Below are positions 23,584 to 33,876 of a DNA stretch of 64,000 bases, piece by piece. Both the position numbers and the translations under genes were made by a program. The DNA is taken from assembly GCA_963814585.1 (NCBI GenBank), contig CAWFDF010000008.1, positions 384,001-448,000 on the forward strand, given 5' to 3'. The notes beneath the pieces were generated by a model. That model was given only the letters and a program-made list of their open reading frames with translations, did no database searches and was not told the origin of the DNA. Each line of letters opens with the position of its first letter. The stretch's first letter is position 1. This DNA comes from an uncultured delta proteobacterium. Lineage in GTDB: Bacteria > Myxococcota > Myxococcia > Myxococcales > Anaeromyxobacteraceae.

Positions 23584-24701
23584 GCCTGGCTCCTCCGCCC
23601 TCGCCGATCGCCCGCGGCCAGCGCGGCGTCCAGCGCGGCCTGGAGCGCGGCTTCCCCGGCCAGCAGCTCGGCCTCGATCCGCACCACCGCGAGCCGTGGC
23701 TCGGCCGCCCAGGCCGCGGGGAGCCGCACCGCGTCCTTCTCCGTGGTCAGGATCAGCTCGGCCCGGGCCGCGTCGGCCGCGGCTCGCGCTCCGTCGAGGT
23801 CGGCGGCGGTGAAGCGGTGGTGATCGGGGTGCCGCCGCTCGGCCACCACCTCGGCCCCCAGCCCTTCCACGGTGCGCCGGAAGGATCCCGGGCGGGCCAG
23901 GCCCGAGAGCAGCAGCGCTCGCCGGCCCCTCGCCGCACCCAGGCCACGGGAGCGGGTCAGCGTGCCGTCGAGCAGGTCGAGCGGGACGTGGCGGGACTCC
24001 ACCGGGCCTCGCCCGGTGTACCGGAAGGCCAGAACCCGGAGCCGCTCCAGCAGCTCCGGCGGCGCCTGGTCGACGCGCGAGAGCCAGATCAGCCCGGCCC
24101 GGCCCAGCGCCCGGCGAGGTTCCCGGTTGGGACCCGCCGGCAGGAGGCGGCCGTTGCCGAACGGGTTGGCGGCGTCCAGCACCACCACGTCGAGATCGCG
24201 GGCCAGCGCGCGATGCTGGAACCCGTCGTCGAGCAGCAGGGCGTTGGCGCCGAGGCTGCCGGTCGCCATCGTCGCCAGCTCGGCACGCCGCGGGCCGCAG
24301 ATGACGCGCACCCCCGGGAGCCGCCTCGCCAGCAGCACCGGCTCGTCCCCGCCGGCCTCGGCCGGGAGGAGCACCCGCTCGCCATCGGCCACCACCCGCG
24401 GATCGGTCCGCGTGGCGCCGTAGCCGCGGGAGAGGATGGCGACCCGCCGCCCCCGCGCGGCGAGCCGCATGGCGATGGCGTGGGTCACCGGCGTCTTGCC
24501 GGCCCCGCCCACCGTGACGTTCCCGACCGAGATGACCGGCGCCGTCGACGAGGCCACCGCCAGCCACCGCCGATCGTAGGCCAGCGCCCGGAGCCAGACC
24601 ACGGCGCGGAACATGGCCTCGGCCGGCCACAGCGGCGCCAGCGCCGCCCGCTGCGAACCGGTGCGGTGCTCGGCCCACCAGGCGCGCTCCAGCGCGGTCA
24701 C
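23580..24701 (-). CDS. lpxK: Tetraacyldisaccharide 4'-kinase
   Basis: SVGNVTVGGAGKTP, SRGYG, GDEP, DDGFQH and TTEKDAVR motifs. Confidence 0.95.
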   Translation of the reverse strand: MTALERAWWAEHRTGSQRAALAPLWPAEAMFRAVVWLRALAYDRRWLAVASSTAPVISVGNVTVGGAGKTPVTHAIAMRLAARGRRVAILSRGYGATRTDPRVVADGERVLLPAEAGGDEPVLLARRLPGVRVICGPRRAELATMATGSLGANALLLDDGFQHRALARDLDVVVLDAANPFGNGRLLPAGPNREPRRALGRAGLIWLSRVDQAPPELLERLRVLAFRYTGRGPVESRHVPLDLLDGTLTRSRGLGAARGRRALLLSGLARPGSFRRTVEGLGAEVVAERRHPDHHRFTAADLDGARAAADAARAELILTTEKDAVRLPAAWAAEPRLAVVRIEAELLAGEAALQAALDAALAAGDRRGRRSQA

Positions 24702-25699
24702 GCCAGCATCTCCCGCGCCGCTGCCAGCACCGTCTCGACCTCGAGCCGGCCCAGGCAGTCGTGGTGTCCGAGCGGGCAGCGCTCGCCGCCGTGGTTGGAG
24801 CAGGGCTGGCAGCCGAGGCCGAGGCTCAGCGCGCGCCCGGGCGGTGGCGGGGCCCAGCGCACGGTGCTGGTGGGGCCGAACAGGACCAGCGCCGGGATCC
24901 CCTGCGCGGCGGCGAGGTGGACCGGACCGGAGTCGCAGGCCACCAGCAGGCTCAGCTCGGCCAGCGCCGCCGCCAGGGCGTCGACCGGGAGCGGCGTGAG
25001 GTCGGCCTCGAGGGGCGCGCGCAGCGCGGCCCGGAAGGCGGAGGCCGCCGCGGCGTCGCCGGGGCCCGCCACCAGCACCAGACCATGACCTGCGGCGTGG
25101 AGGGCGTCGCCCACCGCGGCGAACCGCTCCGGCGCCCAGCGCTTGGTGGCCCAGGTGGCGCCGGGAGCGATCCCGACCAGCGGTCGCCTGGCCGCCGCCA
25201 GCAGCTCGCGGGCCCGGGCCCGGGACGGGCCCGGCAGGGCGACCTCCGTCCGGCCCGGCGCGTCGATCCCGAGCGGCCGCAAGGCCTCGGCGTAGAGCGC
25301 GGTGGCGTGGGCGCGCGCCAGCGGCCGGTCGCGCCCGAGGATGGCCCTCAGCGCCTCCCCGAGGGTGCGCCGGTGGAAGTAGATCCGCCGCGGCGCCGCG
25401 ACCACGGCCAGGTAGCGGCTCTTCACCTTCTCCTGCAGGTCGATGGCGAGGTCGAACCGGCCACGCAGCCGCCGCGCCAGCGCGCGGGGCGAGTCCTCGC
25501 CCTGCTTCCCGAGGCGGTGGACCGCGGCGATCCCGGGCAGTCCCGCCAGCAGCGGCGCGGCCGAGGGCGAGGTCACCCACTCGATCCGGGCGCCCGGGAA
25601 GCGGCGCCGCAACGGCTCGAGGACGCTGGTGGCGAGCACCACGTCGCCCAGCGCCGAGTACCGGATCACCAGGACGCGCTGGCCGCTCACGTCGCTCAC
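24698..25699 (-). CDS. Glycosyltransferase family 9 (ADP-heptose:LPS heptosyltransferase)
   Basis: SALGDVV, APGATWATKRW, DSGPVHLA and LFGPT motifs. Confidence 0.9.
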   Translation of the reverse strand: MSDVSGQRVLVIRYSALGDVVLATSVLEPLRRRFPGARIEWVTSPSAAPLLAGLPGIAAVHRLGKQGEDSPRALARRLRGRFDLAIDLQEKVKSRYLAVVAAPRRIYFHRRTLGEALRAILGRDRPLARAHATALYAEALRPLGIDAPGRTEVALPGPSRARARELLAAARRPLVGIAPGATWATKRWAPERFAAVGDALHAAGHGLVLVAGPGDAAAASAFRAALRAPLEADLTPLPVDALAAALAELSLLVACDSGPVHLAAAQGIPALVLFGPTSTVRWAPPPPGRALSLGLGCQPCSNHGGERCPLGHHDCLGRLEVETVLAAAREMLA

Positions 25700-26991
25700 G
25701 AGGCCCCGTCCCCCGGCGCGCCTCGCTCGCGAGGCAGCACCGCCAGCATGTGGTCGACGTTGCGGGCGCTGGCGCCGCGGATGGCGGTGACGGCGCGCCG
25801 CGCCAGCGCCCCCAGCTCGGCCAGCTGATCGGGACGCGAGAGCAGCTCGTCGGCCACCCGGAAGAGCTGCTCCGGGGTCTGCACCTGAAGCCCGCCCCGC
25901 CCCTGCAGCACCTGGACCGAGTCCTTGAAGTTCTCCATGTGCGGTCCGAAGAGGACCGGCTTGCCCTGCGCCGCCGGCTCGAGGACGTTCTGCCCGCCCC
26001 GGGTGACGAAGCTGCCGCCCACGAAGACCAGCGCGGCGAGCCGATAGGCGGACGCCAGCTCGCCGATGGTGTCGAGCACCACCACGGGGGCGCGCCCCGC
26101 CGCCGCCCCGGCGCTGCGCAGCCGGACCCCCAGGCCCGCCTCCGCCGCCATCGCCATGATCCGCCCGGCCCGCTCCACGTAGCGCGGCGCCACCACCAGC
26201 TGCAGCCCGGGGTGGCGCTCGGCCAGGCGCCGGTAGACCTCGAGGAGGTGCTCCTCCTCCCCCTCGTGCGTCGAGCCCGCCATGAAGACCGGGGATCGCG
26301 GATCGAGCCCCATCTCGGCTCGCAGCGCCTCCTCCCGCCCGGGCGGCGGCTCGAAGACCAGCGCGTCGAACTTGGTGTTGCCGGTGGCCCAGACCCGGTC
26401 CGGGGCCGCCCCCAGCGCCAGCGCCCGCCCGGCCTCCTCGTCGGAGCGCATCAGGAAGCAGTCGATGGTGCGCAGCGGATTGCCGATCAGGCCGAAGAGG
26501 AGCCGGTAGCTGCCGAGCTTGGCCGGGTTGAAGCGGCCGTTGGTGAGCGCGATGCGGGCGCCGGCCCGGTGGGCGGCGTGGATCAGGCCGGGCCAGATCT
26601 CGGTGTACTCCAGCACCAGCAGGTCGGGACGGAGCGCCCGCATGGCCCGCGCCGTGGCCCCGTACAGGTCGTAGGGGGCGTAGACGACCACGTCGGCCTC
26701 GGCGAGCTTGCGCTTCGCCATCTCCTGTCCGCTGTTGGTGATGGTGCTGACCACCAGGCAGCAGCCCGGGCGGCGCGCCTTCAGCTCCCTCATCATGGGC
26801 TGGAGCGAGAGCAGGTCGCCGGCGCTGGCGCCGTGGAGCCAGATGCGGGGCCGGCCCCGGCCCAGCTCGAGCGAGCGGCCGTAGAAGCCGAGCCGCTGGG
26901 CGATGCCGTGCCGCAGCTTCGGGTGCGTCAGCAGCACCGGCAAGGCCAGCAGGAAGGCCACGGCCGTGCCGATGACGTAGAGGAGGTGCAC
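25696..26991 (-). CDS. waaA: 3-deoxy-D-manno-octulosonate transferase
   Basis: WLHGASAG, GNTKFD, GSTHEGEE, DTIGEL and GGQNVLEPA motifs. Confidence 0.93.
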   Translation of the reverse strand: MHLLYVIGTAVAFLLALPVLLTHPKLRHGIAQRLGFYGRSLELGRGRPRIWLHGASAGDLLSLQPMMRELKARRPGCCLVVSTITNSGQEMAKRKLAEADVVVYAPYDLYGATARAMRALRPDLLVLEYTEIWPGLIHAAHRAGARIALTNGRFNPAKLGSYRLLFGLIGNPLRTIDCFLMRSDEEAGRALALGAAPDRVWATGNTKFDALVFEPPPGREEALRAEMGLDPRSPVFMAGSTHEGEEEHLLEVYRRLAERHPGLQLVVAPRYVERAGRIMAMAAEAGLGVRLRSAGAAAGRAPVVVLDTIGELASAYRLAALVFVGGSFVTRGGQNVLEPAAQGKPVLFGPHMENFKDSVQVLQGRGGLQVQTPEQLFRVADELLSRPDQLAELGALARRAVTAIRGASARNVDHMLAVLPRERGAPGDGAS

Positions 26992-27004
26992 CGGTCCGGC
27001 CCTC

Positions 27005-28132
27005 CTACTCGATCACCGCGGGGTTGGTGAAGATCCAGGGGCGGCCGGCACGGGTCACCACCGCCCGGTACGTCCCCGGGCCGCAGCCGCCCGGGCAGTC
27101 GAAGCGGAGCGCGCCCCCATCGCCCCGGCCGGCGGCCACCACCACGCCGCTGCGCCAGAGGACCGCCTCGGCGCCGTCGAGCGCGCCGTCGACCGTGAGC
27201 CGCACCGCACCGCCGTCGGCGGCGAGCCGGATGCGGGCCGCGGGGGCCACGCCGTCGAAGACACAGGCGGCCCGTCCGTCGAGCAGTGACGCCAGCACCG
27301 CCTTCCCATCGACGGCGGCGTCACCGGTGGGCGTCACCGGGACGTGCATGCTGAAGGCCTCGAAGGCGGCCTGGTAGCTGGGGTAGCCGTGGGCGTCGGC
27401 CGAGCAGAGGAGCACGCGGGGCGGAGCCAGGGCCCCGTCGGCCCGGCGCACCGTGGCCCCGGGCGCGCGAAGGCCGGCCTCCAGCACCGCTTCCTCCCGG
27501 TGCGTGGCCGGGACGAGGCCGATCACGGTCCGGGCGGCGTCGAAGGGGAGCGCCGCAAGCCCGGGGAGGATCCGGCTCCAGCCGCGGCCGACGGTGATCT
27601 CGCCCCAGGAGGTGTCGTTGGAGACCACCTCGATGCCGCGCCAGGGTCCCCGCTCCCACCCGCTCCACGGGCGCCGGGCGTGGAAGGGGTGGGCCAGGAC
27701 CGCCTGCCCGCCGAGCGCGGCGATGGCGTCGAGCGGCTCGCCGCCGCACTCCGCTGGCGTCAGCGCGCGGGGAAGGCCCACGGCGACGACGTGGCCGAAG
27801 CGGGAGGAGGCCTCGCTGGCCTCGACGACCAGGACCCCGTCGTGCCATCCGGCGTCCTCCGGAGCGAGCACGTTGTGGTCGGTGACCACCACGAACTGGA
27901 GGCCGGCGGCGCGGGCGGCGCGCACCACCTCCTGGAGCGTGCCCCGGCCGTCGCTGCGGGTGGTGTGGACGTGCCAGGCGCCGCGCAGCTCGCCGGCGGG
28001 TGGCGCCAGCCGCCCGGGCCGGGCCGGGCGGACCACGGCGAAGCCCCATGCGAGCCAGGCGACGAGGACGGCGAGGAGCGCCGCCAGGGCCACGCGCCAC
28101 GCCCCCGGCCGCCTCGAGTCGGTGGCGCTCAT
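27005..28132 (-). CDS. Membrane-anchored PHP-domain phosphoesterase
   Basis: N-terminal TM helix, HVHTTRSDG, TDHN, AHP and ADAH motifs. Confidence 0.8.
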   Translation of the reverse strand: MSATDSRRPGAWRVALAALLAVLVAWLAWGFAVVRPARPGRLAPPAGELRGAWHVHTTRSDGRGTLQEVVRAARAAGLQFVVVTDHNVLAPEDAGWHDGVLVVEASEASSRFGHVVAVGLPRALTPAECGGEPLDAIAALGGQAVLAHPFHARRPWSGWERGPWRGIEVVSNDTSWGEITVGRGWSRILPGLAALPFDAARTVIGLVPATHREEAVLEAGLRAPGATVRRADGALAPPRVLLCSADAHGYPSYQAAFEAFSMHVPVTPTGDAAVDGKAVLASLLDGRAACVFDGVAPAARIRLAADGGAVRLTVDGALDGAEAVLWRSGVVVAAGRGDGGALRFDCPGGCGPGTYRAVVTRAGRPWIFTNPAVIE

Positions 28133-29967
28133 GCCGGCGGGGCTGGCGCCACGTGGGCCCGCCCCTCCCCCTCGTAGATGGCGAGCAGCCGGGCGTACTC
28201 GCCGCCACGGGCCATCAGCTCGACGTGGCGCCCCTCTTCCACCACCCGGCCCGAAGCCAGCACCACGATCCGGTCGGCGTTACGAATGGTCGAGAGCCGG
28301 TGGGCGATCACCAGGGTGGTCCGGTGGCCCTCCGACCCGAGCCCCATGAGCTGCTCGAGGGCTCGCTGCACCTCGCGCTCGCTCTCGGCGTCGAGCGCGC
28401 TGGTGGCCTCGTCGAGGATGAGGATGGGGGCATCCTTCAGGAAGGCGCGCGCGATGGCCAGCCGCTGGCGCTGGCCGCCGGAGAGCAGCGTCCCCTTCTC
28501 GCCGACGCGGGTGTCGTAGCCCTGCGGCATCGCGCTGATGAAGCCGTGCGCCTGCGCCATGCGGGCGGCCCGCTCCACGTCCGCCAGCGGGACGTCGGGC
28601 GAGCCGTACGCGATGTTGTTGCGGATGGTGTCGTTGAAGAGGACCGTGTCCTGGGTGACCAGCGCCAGCTGCCCGCGCAGGCTCCGCAGCGTCACCTCGC
28701 GGATGTCCCGGCCGTCGATGGTGATCCGGCCACCGGTCGGGTCCCAGAAGCGCGGCAGCAGGTTGGCCACGGTGGTCTTGCCGCCACCCGAGCCGCCCAC
28801 CAGGGCCACCACCTCGCCCTTGCGGATCTCCAGCGAGAGCTGGTGGAGCACCGGCGTGTCGCCGTAGGCGAAGGAGACCTCCTGGTAGCGAATGGCCTCG
28901 CCGAACGGGGCCAGCTCCCCGGTGCCGGAGTCGGGCACGGCGGTCGGCGAGTCGAGGATCTCGAAGACCCGCTCGCCGGCCGCCGCTCCCTGCAGCGCCA
29001 GCTGGCCGACGCGCCCCAGCTGCTTGACCGGCTGGTAGAGGAGCATCACCGCGGTGATGAAGGAGAAGACCTTGGCCGCCGGCAGGGTGCCCGAGATGAT
29101 CTTGGGGCCGACCCAGGCGATGACGAAGGCCAGGCCGGCCGCCGCCATCACCTCCATGAGCGGGGACGAGAAGGCTCGCACCAGGAAGCTGCGGCGCTGG
29201 ATGCGGAGCCACCTCTGGTTGGCCTCGTCGAACCGTCCCGACTCCCAGCGCTCCATGCCGAAGGCCTGGACCACGCGGATGCCGCTCACCGTCTCCTGCA
29301 CCATCTCGGAGATCTGGCCGATGGAGGCCTGGCCCTGGGTGGTGGCCCTCTTGAGCCGCTGGCCGAGCCGGATGACCGGGAGCAGCGTGATGGGGATGGC
29401 GCCGAAGACCACCAGCGACATCTGCCAGTCGAGGAAGAAGCAGTTGACCAGCATCACCACCACGGTCAGGCCATCGCGGATGTAGCTGGCGATCGAGTTG
29501 GTGATGGCCACCTCGACGGCGCCGATGTCGGCCGCAAACCGGGACATCAGGTCGCCCGAGTGACGGCGCGTGAAGAAGGCCGGCGAGAGCCCGAGCAGGT
29601 GATCGAAGAGGGCCTGGCGCAGGTCGGCCACCACCCGCTGGCCCAGCATCCCCATCAGGTAGAACTGGCCGAAGGCCGCCGCGCCCTTGAGCAGCGACAC
29701 GCCGACGATGACGAAGGGGACCGCGGCCAGGATCTGGTTGCGGTCGGCGTGGGCCAGGGCCTCGGAGATCCCCAGCCCGCCCGGGAGGAAGCGATCCAGC
29801 GACGCCACCGATCCGGGCTCCCCGGTGAAGAGGAAGTCGAGGAACGGCCCGATCAGGTTCATGTAGGCGGCGTTGGCCACCGCGTACACGAGCATGCAGA
29901 CGATCGCGAAGGCGAAGCGGGCGCGGTACGGGGCGACGAAGCGGAGGAGGCGGAAGTAGGCGTGCAC
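28129..29967 (-). CDS. msbA: Lipid A export ABC transporter ATP-binding/permease
   Basis: TMD plus NBD (GGSGGGKT, LSGGQRQR, LDEATSALD), within the LPS cluster. Confidence 0.85.
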   Translation of the reverse strand: MHAYFRLLRFVAPYRARFAFAIVCMLVYAVANAAYMNLIGPFLDFLFTGEPGSVASLDRFLPGGLGISEALAHADRNQILAAVPFVIVGVSLLKGAAAFGQFYLMGMLGQRVVADLRQALFDHLLGLSPAFFTRRHSGDLMSRFAADIGAVEVAITNSIASYIRDGLTVVVMLVNCFFLDWQMSLVVFGAIPITLLPVIRLGQRLKRATTQGQASIGQISEMVQETVSGIRVVQAFGMERWESGRFDEANQRWLRIQRRSFLVRAFSSPLMEVMAAAGLAFVIAWVGPKIISGTLPAAKVFSFITAVMLLYQPVKQLGRVGQLALQGAAAGERVFEILDSPTAVPDSGTGELAPFGEAIRYQEVSFAYGDTPVLHQLSLEIRKGEVVALVGGSGGGKTTVANLLPRFWDPTGGRITIDGRDIREVTLRSLRGQLALVTQDTVLFNDTIRNNIAYGSPDVPLADVERAARMAQAHGFISAMPQGYDTRVGEKGTLLSGGQRQRLAIARAFLKDAPILILDEATSALDAESEREVQRALEQLMGLGSEGHRTTLVIAHRLSTIRNADRIVVLASGRVVEEGRHVELMARGGEYARLLAIYEGEGRAHVAPAPPA

Positions 29968-30032
29968 GGCAGGCGCATCCTAGCGCCAATCCCGCCGCGC
30001 CGCCCCAACTCCGGCCGGCCTCGGCGCGGGAC

Positions 30033-32114
30033 CTACTTCTCCTCCTCGACCCCCTTCACCTTCCCCTCGGCGCGCCGCCGCTCGATGATCTTCTGCGCCA
30101 GCGGGGGCGGGACCGGGTCGTAGTGCGCCGGGGCCATGGTGAAGTAGCCGAGCCCCTGGGTGAGCGAGCGCAGGTCGGCGTCGTAGGTCATGGCCTCGGC
30201 GTGCGGGCAGGTGGCGCGGATGGTGACGCCACGGGTGGCCGGCTCCATCCCCTGCACCCGGGCGCGGCGGGAGTTGAGGTCGCCCATGACGGGGCCCACG
30301 TACTCCTCGGGCACCCGCACCTCCAGCTGCATGATGGGCTCGAGCAGGATGGGACGCGCCTCGGCCATGGCCTTCTTGAAGGCCATCGAGCCGGCCACCT
30401 GGAAGGCCATGTCCGAGCTGTCGACGTCGTGGTAGCTGCCGAAGAACAGCTTGGCCTTGAAGTCGACCACCTGGTAGCCGGCCAGGGGCCCCGAGCCCAA
30501 GGAGCCCCGGATCCCCTTCTCCACCGAGGGGATGAACTGCCGGGGCACGGTGCCGCCGACGATGGCGTCCTCGAACTGGAACCCGGTCCCGCGCGGCAGC
30601 GGCGACAGCTCGACGTGGGCGTCGCCGAACTGGCCATGGCCACCGGTCTGGCGCTTGAACTTCCCCTGGGCCTTGGCGGTGGCGGTGATGGTCTCGAGGT
30701 AGGCCGGGGAGGGCGGCGCCAGGGTGATCTCCACGCCGTGCTTCCGCTTGACCCGCTCCACCGTGACCTCGATGTGCGCCTGCCCCATCCCCTGGAGCAG
30801 CATCTCGCCGGTGTCCGGAGAGCGGGCCAGCTCCAGGGAGGGATCCTCCTCGATGAGCTTGTGGAGGGCGGCGGCGGCCTTGTCGTCCCCGCCCTTGGCG
30901 TGGACGGCGTAGGAGACCGGGCGGGTGTGCTGCCTGAAGGGCGGAAGCAGGATGGGCGTGTCCTTGTCGCACAGGGTGTCGCCGGTGTGGGCGTCCTTGA
31001 GCTTCACCAGCACCACGAACTCGCCGGGGCCGGCCTCGGTGACCTCGGCGGTCTGGGCCCCGTCGGTCCGGAAGAAGTGGGCCACCCGCTCCTCGCTGCG
31101 GGTCCGCGGGTTCATCAGCGTGGTGTCCGGCCTGAGCGTGCCGGAGACGACGCGGACGTAGTCGACCCGCCCGGTGAAGTGGTCGATGGTGGTCTTGAAG
31201 ACCTGGCCGCAGAAGGGGGCGTTGGCATCACCGGCCCAGAGCACCTCCTTCCCGGCCAGATCGGTGCCCGCCACCACCCGCTCGGCCGGCGACGGGATGA
31301 CCAGGACCGCCAGGTCGAGCAGCTCTCGCACGCCGAGCCCCGACTTGGCGGCGGCCACCGCCACCGGCAGGAACCTCCGGGCCCGGGCGCCGGCGGTGAT
31401 GCCGCGCCGCAGGTCCTCCTCGCCGAGGGTCCCGGCGTCGAGGTAACGTCCCAGCAGCTCGTCGTCGGCCTCGGCCGCCGCCTCCAGCAGGGCGGTGCGG
31501 AGCGCCGTCGCCTCGGCCAGCACCCCATCCGGGATGTCGACCTCGGTGATCTTGCCGAAGGCCTTGGGGTCGATCAGGTGGGCCTTCATGGTGATGAGGT
31601 CGACCAGCCCCCGGCAGGCAGGACCTTCGCCGATGGGGAGCTGCAACGCCACCGGCTTCACCTTGAGCGACGCCTCGATGTCGGCGAGGGCCTTCTTGAA
31701 ATCGGCCTGGTCGTGGTCGACGCGGGTGATGACGCCCAGCGCCGGGACGGCCGCGTCGGCCAGCACGTCATAGGTCCGCTCGGCGCGGTTGTGGCACCCG
31801 TCGGCCGCCGAGATGGCCATCACCGCGCCGTCGGTGACCTGCAGCGCCCACTCCACCTCGGTGAGGAAGGCGGCGAAGCCGGGGCAGTCGAGGACGTGGA
31901 AGCTGCGGCCCCCCTCGTCGAAGGACTCCGCATGGAGGCTGAGCGTGAAGTTGCGCTTCTTCTCCTCCGGCTCGGCGTCGAGCCGCGCCGAGGAGCCATC
32001 GGGGCTGGCGTGGCGCGGGTCGGCGAGCCGGAGCAGGGCCTCCACCAGGGCGGTCTTGCCGGCGCCGTCCGCGCCGAGCATGGAGAAGGTGCGGATCACC
32101 CGGGGCGTGGCCAT
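30033..32114 (-). CDS. Elongation factor G paralog (EF-G2-like)
   Basis: GADGAGKT, DCPGF, GMGQAH, RQTGGHGQFG, GSYHDVDSS and ILLEPI motifs. Confidence 0.88.
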   Translation of the reverse strand: MATPRVIRTFSMLGADGAGKTALVEALLRLADPRHASPDGSSARLDAEPEEKKRNFTLSLHAESFDEGGRSFHVLDCPGFAAFLTEVEWALQVTDGAVMAISAADGCHNRAERTYDVLADAAVPALGVITRVDHDQADFKKALADIEASLKVKPVALQLPIGEGPACRGLVDLITMKAHLIDPKAFGKITEVDIPDGVLAEATALRTALLEAAAEADDELLGRYLDAGTLGEEDLRRGITAGARARRFLPVAVAAAKSGLGVRELLDLAVLVIPSPAERVVAGTDLAGKEVLWAGDANAPFCGQVFKTTIDHFTGRVDYVRVVSGTLRPDTTLMNPRTRSEERVAHFFRTDGAQTAEVTEAGPGEFVVLVKLKDAHTGDTLCDKDTPILLPPFRQHTRPVSYAVHAKGGDDKAAAALHKLIEEDPSLELARSPDTGEMLLQGMGQAHIEVTVERVKRKHGVEITLAPPSPAYLETITATAKAQGKFKRQTGGHGQFGDAHVELSPLPRGTGFQFEDAIVGGTVPRQFIPSVEKGIRGSLGSGPLAGYQVVDFKAKLFFGSYHDVDSSDMAFQVAGSMAFKKAMAEARPILLEPIMQLEVRVPEEYVGPVMGDLNSRRARVQGMEPATRGVTIRATCPHAEAMTYDADLRSLTQGLGYFTMAPAHYDPVPPPLAQKIIERRRAEGKVKGVEEEK

Positions 32115-32174
32115 GGTCTCGCTGCCTCCTGCCCGCTCGGCTGGCGGGTCGCTCGACTGGTGTGGAAGGTGAGT

Positions 32175-33866
32175 CTACTTGAGCTCCGCGAAGTCGTCCT
32201 GCCAGAACTCGAGCTCCCCTCGAGCCCCCGAAGGGCCCCGCAGCAGTTCCCGCTTGCGCAATTCCACCCGCCGGATCTTGCCCGAGACGGTCTTGGGGAG
32301 GTCGGAGAACTCCAGCCGGCGCACCCGCTGGTAGGGCGCCAGCCTCAGCCGGAGGAAGCGGAACAGCTCGAGGGCCAGCTCCCGCCCGGGCGGCCGGCCT
32401 GGCTTCAGGATGATGTAGGCCTTGGGCACCAGCCCGCGCACCGCGTCGGGGCTGGGCACGATGGCCGCCTCGGCCACCGCCTCGTGCTCGATGAGGGCGC
32501 TCTCCAGCTCGAACGGGGAGATCCGGTAGTCGGAGCTCTTGAAGACGTCGTCGGCGCGTCCCACGTAGGTGACGTAGCCCTCGGCGTCGCGGGTGGCCAC
32601 GTCACCCGTGTGGAAGTGGGCATGGCGCGTCACGAAGTCGTTCAGGCTGGCGTCCCCCTCGTAGCCGGCCATGATCCCGGTCGGCCGCGGCGCGAGCGAG
32701 ATGCAGATCTCCCCCTCCTCCGGCGCGGCGTGCCCCTCCTCGTCGAGCAGGGCGATCCGGTAGCCCGGCAACGGGCGCCCCATCGAGCCGGGCTTGAGCG
32801 GCTGGCCGGGCGAGTTGCCCACCTGCGCGGTGGTCTCGGTCTGGCCGTAGCCGTCGCGGATGGTGATGCCCCAGGCCGCCCTCACCTTCTCGATCACCTC
32901 GGGGTTGAGCGGCTCGCCGGCGCTGAGCGCCTCGCGGAGCTTCACCGGGTACCTCCTCAGGTCCTCGAGGATGAGCATCCGCCAGACGGTCGGAGGGGCA
33001 CAGAGGGTCGTCACCTGGTGCGTGGCGAGCACCTCCATCAGCTTGCCGCCATGGAAGCGAGCGTAGTTGTAGAGGAAGACCGTGGCGCCGGCGTTGAAGG
33101 GGGCGAAGAAGCTGGACCAGGCGTGCTTGGCCCACCCCGGCGAGGAGACGTTCATGTGGACGTCTCCCTCCTGCAGGCCCAGCCAGTACATGGTCGAGAG
33201 GTGGCCCACCGGGTAGCTGAGCTGCGTGTGGATCACCAGCTTGGGCTTGCGGGTCGTACCACTGGTGAAGTAGAGGAGGACGGGATCCGCCGGGAGGGAG
33301 TCGCCGTGTGGGATGAAGGCGGGCCACTCACCGTAGGCCTGCTCGAAGCGGGACCAGCCCGGCACCTGTCCGCCGACGACGTGGCGCTGGAAGCTCCCCG
33401 CCAGCCCGCGGAACTTCTCGCTGCCGGCGGTGTCGGTGACGACGTGGCCGACCCGCCCGCGCTCGATGCGATCGGCCAGGTCCTCCGGCGTCAGCAGCGA
33501 CGAGGCGGGGATGACCGCCACCCCCATCTTCATGGCGGCGAGCATCACCTCCCAGATCTGGATACAGTTGGGGAGCATCATCAGCACCCGATCGCCCCGC
33601 TTCACGTCATGGTGGCGCAGGTACATGGCCACGCGGTTGGAGCGATCGGCCAGCTGCGCATAGCTGACCTTCACCTCGCTCCCATCCTCCTCCACCAGGT
33701 GGACCGCGGTGCGCTGGTTCCCCTCGGCGATGACGTCGAACCAGTCGAGCGCCCAGTTGAACCGGTCGAGCACCGGCCAGCGAAAGTCGCGGTAGGCGGT
33801 GGCGTAGTCGGTCCGGTGCTGGACCAGGAAGTCCCTGGCGCGGCGGAAGATCTCGGTGGACGACAT
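32175..33866 (-). CDS. AMP-binding acyl-CoA synthetase
   Basis: YFTSGTT, YGQTET, GRADDVFK and PKTVSGKIRR motifs. Confidence 0.92.
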   Translation of the reverse strand: MSSTEIFRRARDFLVQHRTDYATAYRDFRWPVLDRFNWALDWFDVIAEGNQRTAVHLVEEDGSEVKVSYAQLADRSNRVAMYLRHHDVKRGDRVLMMLPNCIQIWEVMLAAMKMGVAVIPASSLLTPEDLADRIERGRVGHVVTDTAGSEKFRGLAGSFQRHVVGGQVPGWSRFEQAYGEWPAFIPHGDSLPADPVLLYFTSGTTRKPKLVIHTQLSYPVGHLSTMYWLGLQEGDVHMNVSSPGWAKHAWSSFFAPFNAGATVFLYNYARFHGGKLMEVLATHQVTTLCAPPTVWRMLILEDLRRYPVKLREALSAGEPLNPEVIEKVRAAWGITIRDGYGQTETTAQVGNSPGQPLKPGSMGRPLPGYRIALLDEEGHAAPEEGEICISLAPRPTGIMAGYEGDASLNDFVTRHAHFHTGDVATRDAEGYVTYVGRADDVFKSSDYRISPFELESALIEHEAVAEAAIVPSPDAVRGLVPKAYIILKPGRPPGRELALELFRFLRLRLAPYQRVRRLEFSDLPKTVSGKIRRVELRKRELLRGPSGARGELEFWQDDFAELK

Positions 33867-33876
33867 TCGGGCCTCC

